A stretch of 64,000 nt of DNA from an uncultured Clostridia bacterium (lineage in GTDB: Bacteria; Bacillota; Clostridia; Christensenellales; Aristaeellaceae). Shown one piece after another: positions 16,441 through 24,722 of this stretch (positions are counted from its first letter, which is position 1; each line of letters starts with the position of its first letter). The stretch spans positions 48 to 64,047 of the forward strand of contig CALVVZ010000001.1 in assembly GCA_944364075.1 (NCBI GenBank), given 5' to 3'. Under the pieces are notes generated by a model. That model was not told the DNA's origin and did not search any database. It was given only the letters and a program-made list of their open reading frames with translations. Made by a program: the position numbers and the translations under genes.

Positions 16441-16644
16441 TCAGAACGCCGCGAGGATTGCTCCGTGTCCGTCGTCAAACACGAAAAAATAAACGCGGTC
16501 ACCAGCCTTGTAGGCCGTGCCGCTTACGGATGGGATCGCAGGCGTCATAATGCCGTCGCGTGTGAGGGATTGCACCTTATAGCCGCCCTCGCATACCTCG
16601 GCAATGATCCCGCGCTCGATGTTCGCTCCATAATTATTTTTCAT
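16441..16644 (-). CDS. Small tail-module protein (67 aa)
   Basis: ATG at 16644 with a GAGGA Shine-Dalgarno and ATGA coupling to the upstream gene. The longest ORF reaches 16749. Confidence 0.45.
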   Translation of the reverse strand: MKNNYGANIERGIIAEVCEGGYKVQSLTRDGIMTPAIPSVSGTAYKAGDRVYFFVFDDGHGAILAAF

Positions 16645-16877
16645 GATTGTTCCTCGCTCGTCTGTTTGATATATTGCTGTCCGTACTGGCAGGCGTCCAG
16701 GCATTCGCACTGGCGAAAAACCACGCATCTGCTGTCCGCTCCGCTGCACAAATAGCTCTTGATAAGTCGGTTGGTGCTGATTTTCTTGATCTTTTTGTTT
16801 TCTTTTTCTTTATATTCAGTCGGGGCGACGCCCGGTTTAATCGCGTGATAAATGGGAAATCCCCTGATCTTGTCCAT
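16641..16877 (-). CDS. Small Cys-containing tail-module protein (78 aa)
   Basis: ATG at 16877 (GTG at 16886 is also possible). Contains a C..C...C cluster. Confidence 0.45.
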   Translation of the reverse strand: MDKIRGFPIYHAIKPGVAPTEYKEKENKKIKKISTNRLIKSYLCSGADSRCVVFRQCECLDACQYGQQYIKQTSEEQS

Positions 16878-16882
16878 AGGAA

Positions 16883-17800
16883 TCACCCAATCGCGCTGAC
16901 GCAGCGGAGCAGCTTGGCCTTGCTTTTCTTGTGGAAGAAGTCATGCTCCACCTCGTCAATCAGCCATTGGCCGTCCGCATCCGTCGGACTGTCAACGTCA
17001 ATTCTCGTCATGGCCGTCAGGCCGGGGTTGTATTCCATGCCCACGGTCAGCTCCTCCGCAGTCCTGTTGCGGCAAAGAAGCAGCCCACGCGCCCATCTGG
17101 CCGCCTGCGCTGCATCCATGGCCGGATAGTCAGTGAAAACCTCATGCTGTCCATAGGAGGCTTCCACGTCCTCTGCACCGCCGTTTGCATACGGCGTCTT
17201 GATGGTGATACCGGCCAGCTTCACATCGTCGCGCCTCAGATAGTGCGTTCCCGCCTGATCGGCGCTGATCCTGATGGTCTGCGCGGCCTCCATGGCCTGC
17301 GCGTATTCGATGGAGATTGCGGTCAAGCGCCCGTTCAGCGCTTTCAGAACCGCACCCTCGCATTGTAAAATCCGGCTCAGAAATGCCGGAGCGCCCTCTT
17401 TGTGGCGCATCAGATAAGTGTAGGTAATATCTTTGTCAATGCCAAACAAGGCACTGTCCATGCCGCATTCTGCGGCGCAGGCGGCCATGATGTCGGCAAT
17501 ACGCATCCCTTCATAGGCAGCATATACCCTGCGCCGCGCTGCGCTGGGCAGGCTCGTCGCAATGATCCTGTACTTGCCTGCCGTAGGTAGCACAGAATTG
17601 AGAAACAGAATCCCGGTGCTGTACCCGTCCATCTGAACCTCAAGCACATCGTCGCGCTGCGGCTGCCATCTGTACCATGCTGCGGCATTTTCCAGCACAA
17701 TCTCTATGCTGTCACATCGCCCGCCCGAAACGTCGCGGTGAACGCATTTCACCACGTCCACCTCGCGGGTGATGTCCGTCCCCTCGTAGAAAAGCTGCAT
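16883..17800 (-). CDS. Late-control-D / XkdQ-like baseplate hub protein (putative)
   Basis: 305 aa. The N-terminal pattern (MQLFYEGTDITREV ... ) and the size resemble gpD/XkdQ. AAGGAGG Shine-Dalgarno. Confidence 0.5.
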   Translation of the reverse strand: MQLFYEGTDITREVDVVKCVHRDVSGGRCDSIEIVLENAAAWYRWQPQRDDVLEVQMDGYSTGILFLNSVLPTAGKYRIIATSLPSAARRRVYAAYEGMRIADIMAACAAECGMDSALFGIDKDITYTYLMRHKEGAPAFLSRILQCEGAVLKALNGRLTAISIEYAQAMEAAQTIRISADQAGTHYLRRDDVKLAGITIKTPYANGGAEDVEASYGQHEVFTDYPAMDAAQAARWARGLLLCRNRTAEELTVGMEYNPGLTAMTRIDVDSPTDADGQWLIDEVEHDFFHKKSKAKLLRCVSAIG

Positions 17801-17845
17801 TCTGCCGCCTCCTTAAAAAGCGGGGCGCCGCCGGGGCGCTCCGCG

Positions 17846-18411
17846 TTATTTCTCGTTCCTTGCTTGAATTACTGTGTGGATCGCGTGTACAAACTCGTTG
17901 AACATGCTGATCGTCATATCCATAAACACATTGATGGGTGTATGGCTTGCCATGGCGGCATCAGTTATTCGCCGTATGTATTCTTCCCGGCCTCCTGTGC
18001 CGACCGTACCAAAAAAACCGTAGCCACCTGAACCGCACGCTGCGCATCAAAGAGGCTGATCCTCTCTTTGATGTCTTTCGCATCGTAGAGGCGACCGCCC
18101 TTGTCGTCCACCGGGGCCTGCTTTGCAGCGGCAGCGGCAAACAGAGCAAGAGCTTGTTTCTTGGAAACCTGGAAAACGTTCCGGCTGGCGGTGTCAGAAT
18201 CCATAGCTTCGACATATTCCCAGCCGCTCAACTTGGTAAAATCGTAATGCAATACGGAAACATCTGCGCTTCTCGCGCGGATCGGCACGGCCAGCTCCAG
18301 CGTGCCTTTGGAAATCATGCTCAGAGTGATGGGAGCGGGTTTCTGTGCTTCCTGCTCCTTGGGCTGTTCCTCAACCTGGGGCTGCTCATTCTTCTTGATT
18401 TCTTCGCTCAT
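17846..18411 (-). CDS. Frameshift-extended tail assembly chaperone (E+E'-like, -1 programmed frameshift at 18010..18016)
   Basis: The -1 frame stays open for 54 further codons after the slip site (GTVGTGGREEYIRRITDAAMASHTPINVFMDMTISMFNEFVHAIHTVIQARNEK). It stops at 17846..17848, just before the next gene. Confidence 0.5.
17965..18411 (-). CDS. Tail assembly chaperone (gpE/gpG-like), zero-frame product
   Basis: 148-aa acidic protein immediately downstream of the tube gene. Carries a slippery heptamer near its 3' end. Confidence 0.7.
   Translation of the reverse strand: MSEEIKKNEQPQVEEQPKEQEAQKPAPITLSMISKGTLELAVPIRARSADVSVLHYDFTKLSGWEYVEAMDSDTASRNVFQVSKKQALALFAAAAAKQAPVDDKGGRLYDAKDIKERISLFDAQRAVQVATVFLVRSAQEAGKNTYGE
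18010..18016 (-). promoter_or_regulatory. Slippery heptamer T_TTT_TTG
   Basis: The zero frame reads GTT TTT TTG, from a plus-strand run of 7 A at 18011..18017. The site lies 14 codons before the zero-frame stop. Confidence 0.55.
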
Positions 18412-18489
18412 GGTCTTTTTCTCCTTGTTTTTTGATGATGGAATAGGGCGGGAAAAACGAAAATGTTTGCGCTTTTCCCGCCCTTGGGA

Positions 18490-19005
18490 TTAGTTCAGCA
18501 GATTCTCGATCTGGTTGGTGTAGTCAACGCCGTTGAACTTGATGACGCCCGCCATCGCGTCAATGATGGTCGTCACCTCGCCGTTGATTTCCTCCTCGTA
18601 GCGCAGTACGGAATACTTGTCCGTGCTGCCGAAGGGGTTGCCGGTTTCGATGTTGCCCTTCTCGGTGGACTTGTGAACGCCGGTGATGCGGAACTTGACG
18701 CTCTCATGCTCAATCTCACCGGCAGCCACGGCGTAGCGCTGGCGCACAATGCGGGTTTCGATGAAGTGCTTGCCAGGGGAGGCAAGGTACTTGCAGTTCA
18801 CGCCGTTGTTGTGGCTCACGCTGAACTCCATCGCATTCAGGTGGGTGGTGTTGGGCATATCCACGTCCATAGCCATACCAGAGGAGGAAATGGTGCTGGT
18901 AGGATGCTCAATCGTCGGCAGGCTTACGCTGGTTACGTCCTCAGCAACGCGCTCGTTGTCAATAACCCGATGGCCTTCGACGTTGTTATAAACTTTGCTG
19001 GGCAT
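18490..19005 (-). CDS. Tail tube protein (P2 FII-like)
   Basis: 171 aa, immediately after the sheath gene. Confidence 0.8.
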   Translation of the reverse strand: MPSKVYNNVEGHRVIDNERVAEDVTSVSLPTIEHPTSTISSSGMAMDVDMPNTTHLNAMEFSVSHNNGVNCKYLASPGKHFIETRIVRQRYAVAAGEIEHESVKFRITGVHKSTEKGNIETGNPFGSTDKYSVLRYEEEINGEVTTIIDAMAGVIKFNGVDYTNQIENLLN

Positions 19006-19022
19006 AGCGGTTTACTCCTTTC

Positions 19023-20495
19023 TTACGCCACGTCGGCAAAATAGGTCACGAAACCTTCATCCGTCCAGTTGACAATCGCGGTCAGGCTCTTGGCAAGCGG
19101 CGTGGTGGTCACGTTGAAGGTGAAGGAATAGTCGCCGTTCATGATGTCGCTGCGGGCATCAGGCTCGGCGTTCAGGTGGACGACGCCGTAGGTCAGCGCA
19201 CCGATCTTGACCAGGGCATCGAGGCGGGTCTGCTCCTCGGCAACAATGGTCTTGATGTCGTTGGCGGTCAGAGGCTTGTCCACGTTGCGGGTGCGGCGAT
19301 GCTGGAAATCATTGCTGATGTAGTACAGCATCATGCGGTTGGTTTCAGACACGTTGATCTGATCGCCGCCCTCCTGGGAGAAGTCGGCGCTGTGGCAGCC
19401 CCAGACAGCCCAGCGGCCACCCACATAGGCAGCAGAGGCGATGCCATTCTTATTGAGCTGGTTGTTGATGAGGTAGTCATCAAACACGCGGCCCGCGCTG
19501 TCCTCACCCATGTACAGGTTGCTGATGATAGCGCACTCGGTATTGCTGGCAGTCTTGTAGGGGATGCCGTCCTGCGCGACAAGAAGCTCCTGGAAGTTGG
19601 CCGCAGCCAGCACAGACAGGTGGTAAATCTTGTCGTCCGTACCCTTCACCAGGGGGAAGTAAACGGTTTCATTGCTCTTGTTGTAGCCGTTGGCATTCTT
19701 CCAGGTGGCAGCGGTCGCAAGGGTGATCTTCTCGTCCTCCTCGTCCACAATCGGGATGTCCGCCATAACGTACACATCCCAATGGCTGTTGACCTTCTGG
19801 CTGTTCTGGATCATCGCGCTATGCACGGCGGGGATGGAGGAAAAGCCGGGAGCCAGCAGGAAGGAGGGGATGAAGCCGGTTTCCTGGTACACGTTCTTGA
19901 TGGCGAACAGGCCGGTATTCAGGCCCGCGCCGTCGGTCGCGCCGATCACGTCGTCAGCGTCAACGGCGGTCGCGTCGATGCTGTTGTAGGTGATGGTCAG
20001 GTCCTCAGTGCCAAGCCCGCCGCTGGTGATCTCAGCGATGGTCAGCAGCTTCTTCTTGAAGTCGTACTGAACAGTGTAGTCCGTGCCTTTGGTCTTGCCG
20101 GTCACGGCCACGGTGTCCAGAATGATGTCGCCAGCATTGGCGATGGTCACGCGGCCATTTTCGGGGGTCAGGTTGGCAGTGCCAGCCTCCGCAGCCTTGT
20201 GGGTCGCGGGATCGAGAACGTTAATCAGTACCAGGGGGCCGACGGCCTTGTTCTCAAGATGGGCGTGCATCGCTTCGCACAGGGTATACTTGTCCCACTC
20301 GTCGCTGTAACCAAAATGCTTGCGGGCTTCCGCAATGTTGGTCACAAGAATGGGACGGTTCACGTTGGCAGCGCCACCGGCAACGGTATGCACGGGGGCA
20401 GTACCAACATAGACGATGGCGTTCTGGCTCTTGATGGCAACCTTCGTGCCAACCGCCTGAATCTGGCCATACGCGCCATGGAGATAATCAGCCAT
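19023..20495 (-). CDS. Contractile tail sheath protein (P2 FI-like)
   Basis: 490 aa starting MADYLHGAYG, with a GGAGGA Shine-Dalgarno. Size and position are typical of sheath proteins. The longest ORF reaches 20513. Confidence 0.88.
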   Translation of the reverse strand: MADYLHGAYGQIQAVGTKVAIKSQNAIVYVGTAPVHTVAGGAANVNRPILVTNIAEARKHFGYSDEWDKYTLCEAMHAHLENKAVGPLVLINVLDPATHKAAEAGTANLTPENGRVTIANAGDIILDTVAVTGKTKGTDYTVQYDFKKKLLTIAEITSGGLGTEDLTITYNSIDATAVDADDVIGATDGAGLNTGLFAIKNVYQETGFIPSFLLAPGFSSIPAVHSAMIQNSQKVNSHWDVYVMADIPIVDEEDEKITLATAATWKNANGYNKSNETVYFPLVKGTDDKIYHLSVLAAANFQELLVAQDGIPYKTASNTECAIISNLYMGEDSAGRVFDDYLINNQLNKNGIASAAYVGGRWAVWGCHSADFSQEGGDQINVSETNRMMLYYISNDFQHRRTRNVDKPLTANDIKTIVAEEQTRLDALVKIGALTYGVVHLNAEPDARSDIMNGDYSFTFNVTTTPLAKSLTAIVNWTDEGFVTYFADVA

Positions 20496-20509
20496 GTTGT
20501 GTGTCCTCC

Positions 20510-21166
20510 TCATTTCAGATATTGGTCAAGGCTGTTGTTTACGCCCTCCTCTGCATAGCAGTTGAAGGTCACGGTTACAAAGCCATAGTAGATCGGCCTT
20601 TTGTCTACAACAAAGCTCTGATCGGTGTACAAGCTGTACGCCATCGTCGCCTCGTTGACAAACAGATCGGTCTTGGGGATGAATTTCGCGCCCAGCAGCT
20701 TCTCGATGCAGTCATCCATCCAGTCGGTCAGCGTGAAAAGTCCCTGTTCGGTTCCCTCCACAAAAAGGCTCATGTCAAGCCCGTTTTCGCTTTCTGCACT
20801 GTCAATGAATCCCGGCAGGCGAACGCCGGGTTCGTAGACACTGAACAGAATATCCACCGCAAGCGTCTGGCCGAGTTCCTGCGGTCTGTGTATGTTGTTG
20901 TAACGGTCGAAACGCTTTTCCTCGACGTACTTTGCGTTGGACAGCCTGGGCATAATCAGGATGCCGGGGCATACATTGATGGGATCAATGCGCAATGTAC
21001 CCGTTTCATCCGGGCGTGTAGGCTGCCACGCAAGGAAGCACTGCGGCTTCTGCCGCACGATCTGGGTAATATCCATGTCTGGGGCCGGGGCTTTCATCTC
21101 CCGGCCCTCGCATAGCTCCTTTTCGATCCACTGCTTGAGTTTGCGCAGCCGTTCACTCGTTCTCAT
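20510..21166 (-). CDS. Hypothetical neck/tail-completion protein (218 aa)
   Basis: ORF in register between the head and tail modules. Confidence 0.55.
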   Translation of the reverse strand: MRTSERLRKLKQWIEKELCEGREMKAPAPDMDITQIVRQKPQCFLAWQPTRPDETGTLRIDPINVCPGILIMPRLSNAKYVEEKRFDRYNNIHRPQELGQTLAVDILFSVYEPGVRLPGFIDSAESENGLDMSLFVEGTEQGLFTLTDWMDDCIEKLLGAKFIPKTDLFVNEATMAYSLYTDQSFVVDKRPIYYGFVTVTFNCYAEEGVNNSLDQYLK

Positions 21167-21504
21167 ACACTCACCGCCTTGGGGTCGTTGCTCATGAGCA
21201 GGATCGTGTACATGCCCATATCCTCCTGCACTTGCAGAATCTTCATGGGCCTGTTATCAAAGATCACATGCTCATTGGGCAGTGCGCGGCCCGGAAAGCC
21301 CTCAACGGGGGTGTACACCAGTGTTTCGCTGGTGTTGTTGTCCCACGAGAGATCAACGACGTTGTTGTTCTTTCGTTTGAGGGCGGTTTCATCGTCTGTC
21401 ACGCACTGGAATTTGCGTCCGTTCCAGGTGTGCCATTCGGCAAAGTGGCCGTGATTCATGAACACCCGCGTCAGGTCATCATGAATCTTGTCCTTGAGCG
21501 CCAT
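21163..21504 (-). CDS. Hypothetical head-tail connector protein (113 aa)
   Basis: ORF in register, with ATGA coupling to the downstream gene. Confidence 0.55.
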   Translation of the reverse strand: MALKDKIHDDLTRVFMNHGHFAEWHTWNGRKFQCVTDDETALKRKNNNVVDLSWDNNTSETLVYTPVEGFPGRALPNEHVIFDNRPMKILQVQEDMGMYTILLMSNDPKAVSV

Positions 21505-21653
21505 TAGGCATCACCGGCTTTGGCCGCTTCCTTCTTGTCAGGCTTCTTGGCGGGCTTGGGAGCAAGCACAGCCTTGCCCTGTTCGATCAGGCGCATACCG
21601 TAGCTTGCGCTGACCGTTTCAACCTTGCCGGTCTTGATGATCTTGACATTCAT
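21504..21653 (-). CDS. Small Lys/Ala-rich protein (49 aa)
   Basis: Hand translation gives MNVKIIKTGKVETVSASYGMRLIEQGKAVLAPKPAKKPDKKEAAKAGDA. ATGA overlap upstream and TAATG overlap downstream. Below the ORF-track cutoff. Confidence 0.45.
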   Translation of the reverse strand: MNVKIIKTGKVETVSASYGMRLIEQGKAVLAPKPAKKPDKKEAAKAGDA

Positions 21654-22045
21654 GCCTTTTTCCTCCCTTTGCTGGTCTTTTTCTTCGGGGCTTCCTCAGA
21701 AGCGGTAACAATTCCGTCCATCACGTCGATTTCCGGCGCGGGTGCTTCCTCGTCCGCCTCCTCGGTGGGTTCTTCGTCCTCGTCCGCCTCTGCGGGGATG
21801 AGGTTGCCGTAAGGATCGTTGCCCAGGTTTTCAGGCTGCCGGTTGTTGTCCCGCGCCTCCTCGCCGTCATCGCCGTCCTCGCCGTTTTCGTCGGCGGGAT
21901 CGGCAATGGCGGAAGGAACGGGCGCAATGGCCTTGAGCCGCAGCAGTCTCTTGAGTTTCTCTTCCGGGATCGGAATGTCAATGATTTCTCCGGGCGTATA
22001 CTTGCGCCCGGAGATTTTGACATAGTGTTTCGCGGCGTAACTCAT
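21650..22045 (-). CDS. Acidic low-complexity head-module protein (131 aa)
   Basis: ORF immediately after the major capsid gene, with a long D/E/P-rich central region. Confidence 0.55.
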   Translation of the reverse strand: MSYAAKHYVKISGRKYTPGEIIDIPIPEEKLKRLLRLKAIAPVPSAIADPADENGEDGDDGEEARDNNRQPENLGNDPYGNLIPAEADEDEEPTEEADEEAPAPEIDVMDGIVTASEEAPKKKTSKGRKKA

Positions 22046-22063
22046 GCAGTCTGCTCCTTTCTC

Positions 22064-23107
22064 TTACAGCACATTGGCGACAACCCAGGCGTCCACGTTG
22101 AAGGGAACGATGGTGGGGCAGGAAGTCAGGCGGTTCTTGATGCTGTTGCCGTCGATGGAGCCGTAGCGCAGGGGAACTTCCTTTTTGATGTAGGTCTTGT
22201 GCTGGGCATCCGCACCGGTGGATTCAACCTGGGTAACGGGGCCGTGCAGACACTTGAGCATACCCTTGCCACCGGCAATCAGCGTGCCGCTGGGCAGGAT
22301 AGGCTTCACGGTTCCGTCGTCGTCGGTGAACTTGCCGGAGAAGGAATACATTTCCACGCCGTCGCTGTTCCAGCCGATGAAGCGCACGCCCTGGCCCTTG
22401 TACTTGGTGTTGATTTCGCCCATGTTGATGTTGCGGCCATCAAACTGCTTGATGTACTTGCTGTTGTCGATCATGGCATCCGCAACATCGGGAGCCATCA
22501 CGATCATATCCACGATGCCCAGACCGTCGTAGACCAGATCGTAGATTTCGCGCATGTCGCTGTCGATCTTTGCGGAACCGTCGCTCCATACGGTATCAGG
22601 CGTGTAGGTCTGCGTAAAGCCGTAGTCGGCAATCATGGTGGTGTTCAGGTCGCGGCCCTCGTTGGTGTAGCGGAACACGCTCAGCCTGCCGGTGAGAAGT
22701 ACCTGACGGGCCATCCACTCACGGCGGCGCTGAATAGCCTTGCGCATGTCCACAAGGTCGCGCACAAGCATCTTCTTTTCGCGCTGCGCAGGGGTCATAG
22801 CGCCAAGAATCTGTTCACCAAAGGCGCGGTTCTGAAGGTCGGGGTTGGCAATCAGGCGTTCGGGGGCGATGGTGCAGAAGCCCACCTCGCGGGTTTCATA
22901 ACCCTGACGGCCCATCAGCACGCCGCCGACGCCGGGATGCACGACGGGAGCCATCTGGCGGTCGCCTTTGCGGAAGTCCCAGATCGCCTTATCTTCCTCC
23001 ACAGCGCCCATGTCAGCGCAGAAGGTGTCGTACAGGAAAGAGTATTCGCGCGGAAGCTGCTCGATGGCAGCAAGCTGCGCACGGGTAGAATAGATGTCGA
23101 TAGGCAT
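22064..23107 (-). CDS. Major capsid protein (lambda gpE family)
   Basis: 347 aa. Follows a gpD-like decoration gene and a ClpP-type protease, as in lambda-like head modules. Confidence 0.85.
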   Translation of the reverse strand: MPIDIYSTRAQLAAIEQLPREYSFLYDTFCADMGAVEEDKAIWDFRKGDRQMAPVVHPGVGGVLMGRQGYETREVGFCTIAPERLIANPDLQNRAFGEQILGAMTPAQREKKMLVRDLVDMRKAIQRRREWMARQVLLTGRLSVFRYTNEGRDLNTTMIADYGFTQTYTPDTVWSDGSAKIDSDMREIYDLVYDGLGIVDMIVMAPDVADAMIDNSKYIKQFDGRNINMGEINTKYKGQGVRFIGWNSDGVEMYSFSGKFTDDDGTVKPILPSGTLIAGGKGMLKCLHGPVTQVESTGADAQHKTYIKKEVPLRYGSIDGNSIKNRLTSCPTIVPFNVDAWVVANVL

Positions 23108-23135
23108 ATCGTTTTATCCTCCTTTAATAGGGCGA

Positions 23136-23540
23136 TTAAGCGCCCGTGCTGTTGTCGAACGTGTCGGTGTTGACCATCTGATCGAACACGATACCCTGCT
23201 TGCGGAGTACGAGCTGCACGGCGGCGGTCAGCGCCGCGCCGTCCTTGAGAGTGACCTTGCCAGCAATCAGGCGACCGGCGCGGAAAGCGCGGGCGTCCTC
23301 GGCGATGGTGGCGTTGGCGTCGGTGTCAACGGTTTCATCCAGCACAGCAAGGGAGTTGGTGTCCACGGATTCGGCAGCCGCAGCGGGCAGCCACATGCCG
23401 TCCGCGCCGCGATACATCACCGTACCGCGATTGATCTTGCCATTACCAGGCTTGCAGGGAATGGCAATCAGGTCTGCGCCGTTGGGATCGGCAAGCAGAT
23501 ATTCGGGGTTGTTCGTGCTGATGACTTCATACATGCTCAT
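23136..23540 (-). CDS. Head decoration protein (lambda gpD-like)
   Basis: 134 aa, located between the protease and the capsid gene. Confidence 0.65.
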   Translation of the reverse strand: MSMYEVISTNNPEYLLADPNGADLIAIPCKPGNGKINRGTVMYRGADGMWLPAAAAESVDTNSLAVLDETVDTDANATIAEDARAFRAGRLIAGKVTLKDGAALTAAVQLVLRKQGIVFDQMVNTDTFDNSTGA

Positions 23541-23558
23541 GTCGGTTGCTCCTTTCGA

Positions 23559-24722
23559 TTAGTACATGCCGCCAGTGCCGTTGGGGTACATTTCCTTGGC
23601 AATGTCGGCCATTTCCTTGGCATAGTCGTCAAGCTCCTGCTTGGCGGCCTTGCCGTCGTTCTGCTTGGGATCGCCGCCCTCGACCTTGGCAGCGGGAGCG
23701 GTTTCGGTCTTGCGGTCGTCCAGGAACTTCTGGCCCTTTTCGCGCTGGTGCTTCACAATCTGCTTGTGATAGTCCATGGCGGTAGTGCCGTTCTGCTTGG
23801 CCGTAGCGGCCATTTCGGCATATTCATCGCCCGCCGGGGTCAGATCGTCGATCTCCTGGATGCGTTCGCGCTCCTGCTGCGCACCGGCCTGCATGATCTG
23901 GCTATGCAGGGTGGGATTCTCAGCCTGGAGCTGTTCAAGGGTTACGTCCTTGATTTCCATGGTGATTTTTTCCTCCTCGTTGTGAGTTTTATTTTCAGTC
24001 ACTTCCCCGGCGGCAACTGTCGGTTCGGTGTTGCTGACTTTGGGGGTGTCGGCGTGTTCCTGCACGCTCTCAGGGATGTGCATGTACATCCTGCGCATGG
24101 CAGCCATGGCCCGGTTGGACACAGATGCCACAATCGGCTCGGCGTCCAGAACGGCGTCCACAAAGCCGCGCTCATGGGCTTCTTTGGCCGTCATCCACGT
24201 TTCAGCATTCATCCAGCCGCGAACGGTTTCCTCGCTCTGGCCGCTCTTGCGGGCGTAGATAGAGGCGCTGTCCGCTTCGGTGTTGCGCAGGCGCTTTGCG
24301 CCCGCCTCAAGGTCTTTCGCCTCGCCCCACGCGCCGGATTTGGGGTTGTGGATCATGTACTCGCCACCCTCGGTCATGGTGACGTGCGCACCGGGCAGGC
24401 AGGCAATCAGCGTCGCAGCGCTGGCGCACATGCCCTCAATGGAAATCTTGATTTCCTCCATGCCGCTGTTCATCAGCATGGTACGCATGGCAATGGCCTG
24501 GTTCACATCACCGCCAGGGCTGTTGATGCGGATGGTCAGGTTCTTCACGCCCTTGGCCTTGGCATCTTTCAGCAGCTTGTCAAAGTCCGTAGCGCTGATG
24601 TCGGCCTCAGTCCATTTCCACCAGTCGTCGCAGATTTCGCCGTAGATCATCACATCGGCGCTCTCGTCGGCGGCGTTCATCTGCAAGTCATACCGCAGGC
24701 GGAAACGCTCATTATTCGGCAT
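23559..24722 (-). CDS. Prohead protease (ClpP/S49 type) fused to a scaffold-like C-terminal domain
   Basis: ClpP-like block INSPGGDVNQAIAM ... EGMCASAATLIA ... MIHNP, followed by a charged helical C-terminal half. Confidence 0.85.
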   Translation of the reverse strand: MPNNERFRLRYDLQMNAADESADVMIYGEICDDWWKWTEADISATDFDKLLKDAKAKGVKNLTIRINSPGGDVNQAIAMRTMLMNSGMEEIKISIEGMCASAATLIACLPGAHVTMTEGGEYMIHNPKSGAWGEAKDLEAGAKRLRNTEADSASIYARKSGQSEETVRGWMNAETWMTAKEAHERGFVDAVLDAEPIVASVSNRAMAAMRRMYMHIPESVQEHADTPKVSNTEPTVAAGEVTENKTHNEEEKITMEIKDVTLEQLQAENPTLHSQIMQAGAQQERERIQEIDDLTPAGDEYAEMAATAKQNGTTAMDYHKQIVKHQREKGQKFLDDRKTETAPAAKVEGGDPKQNDGKAAKQELDDYAKEMADIAKEMYPNGTGGMY

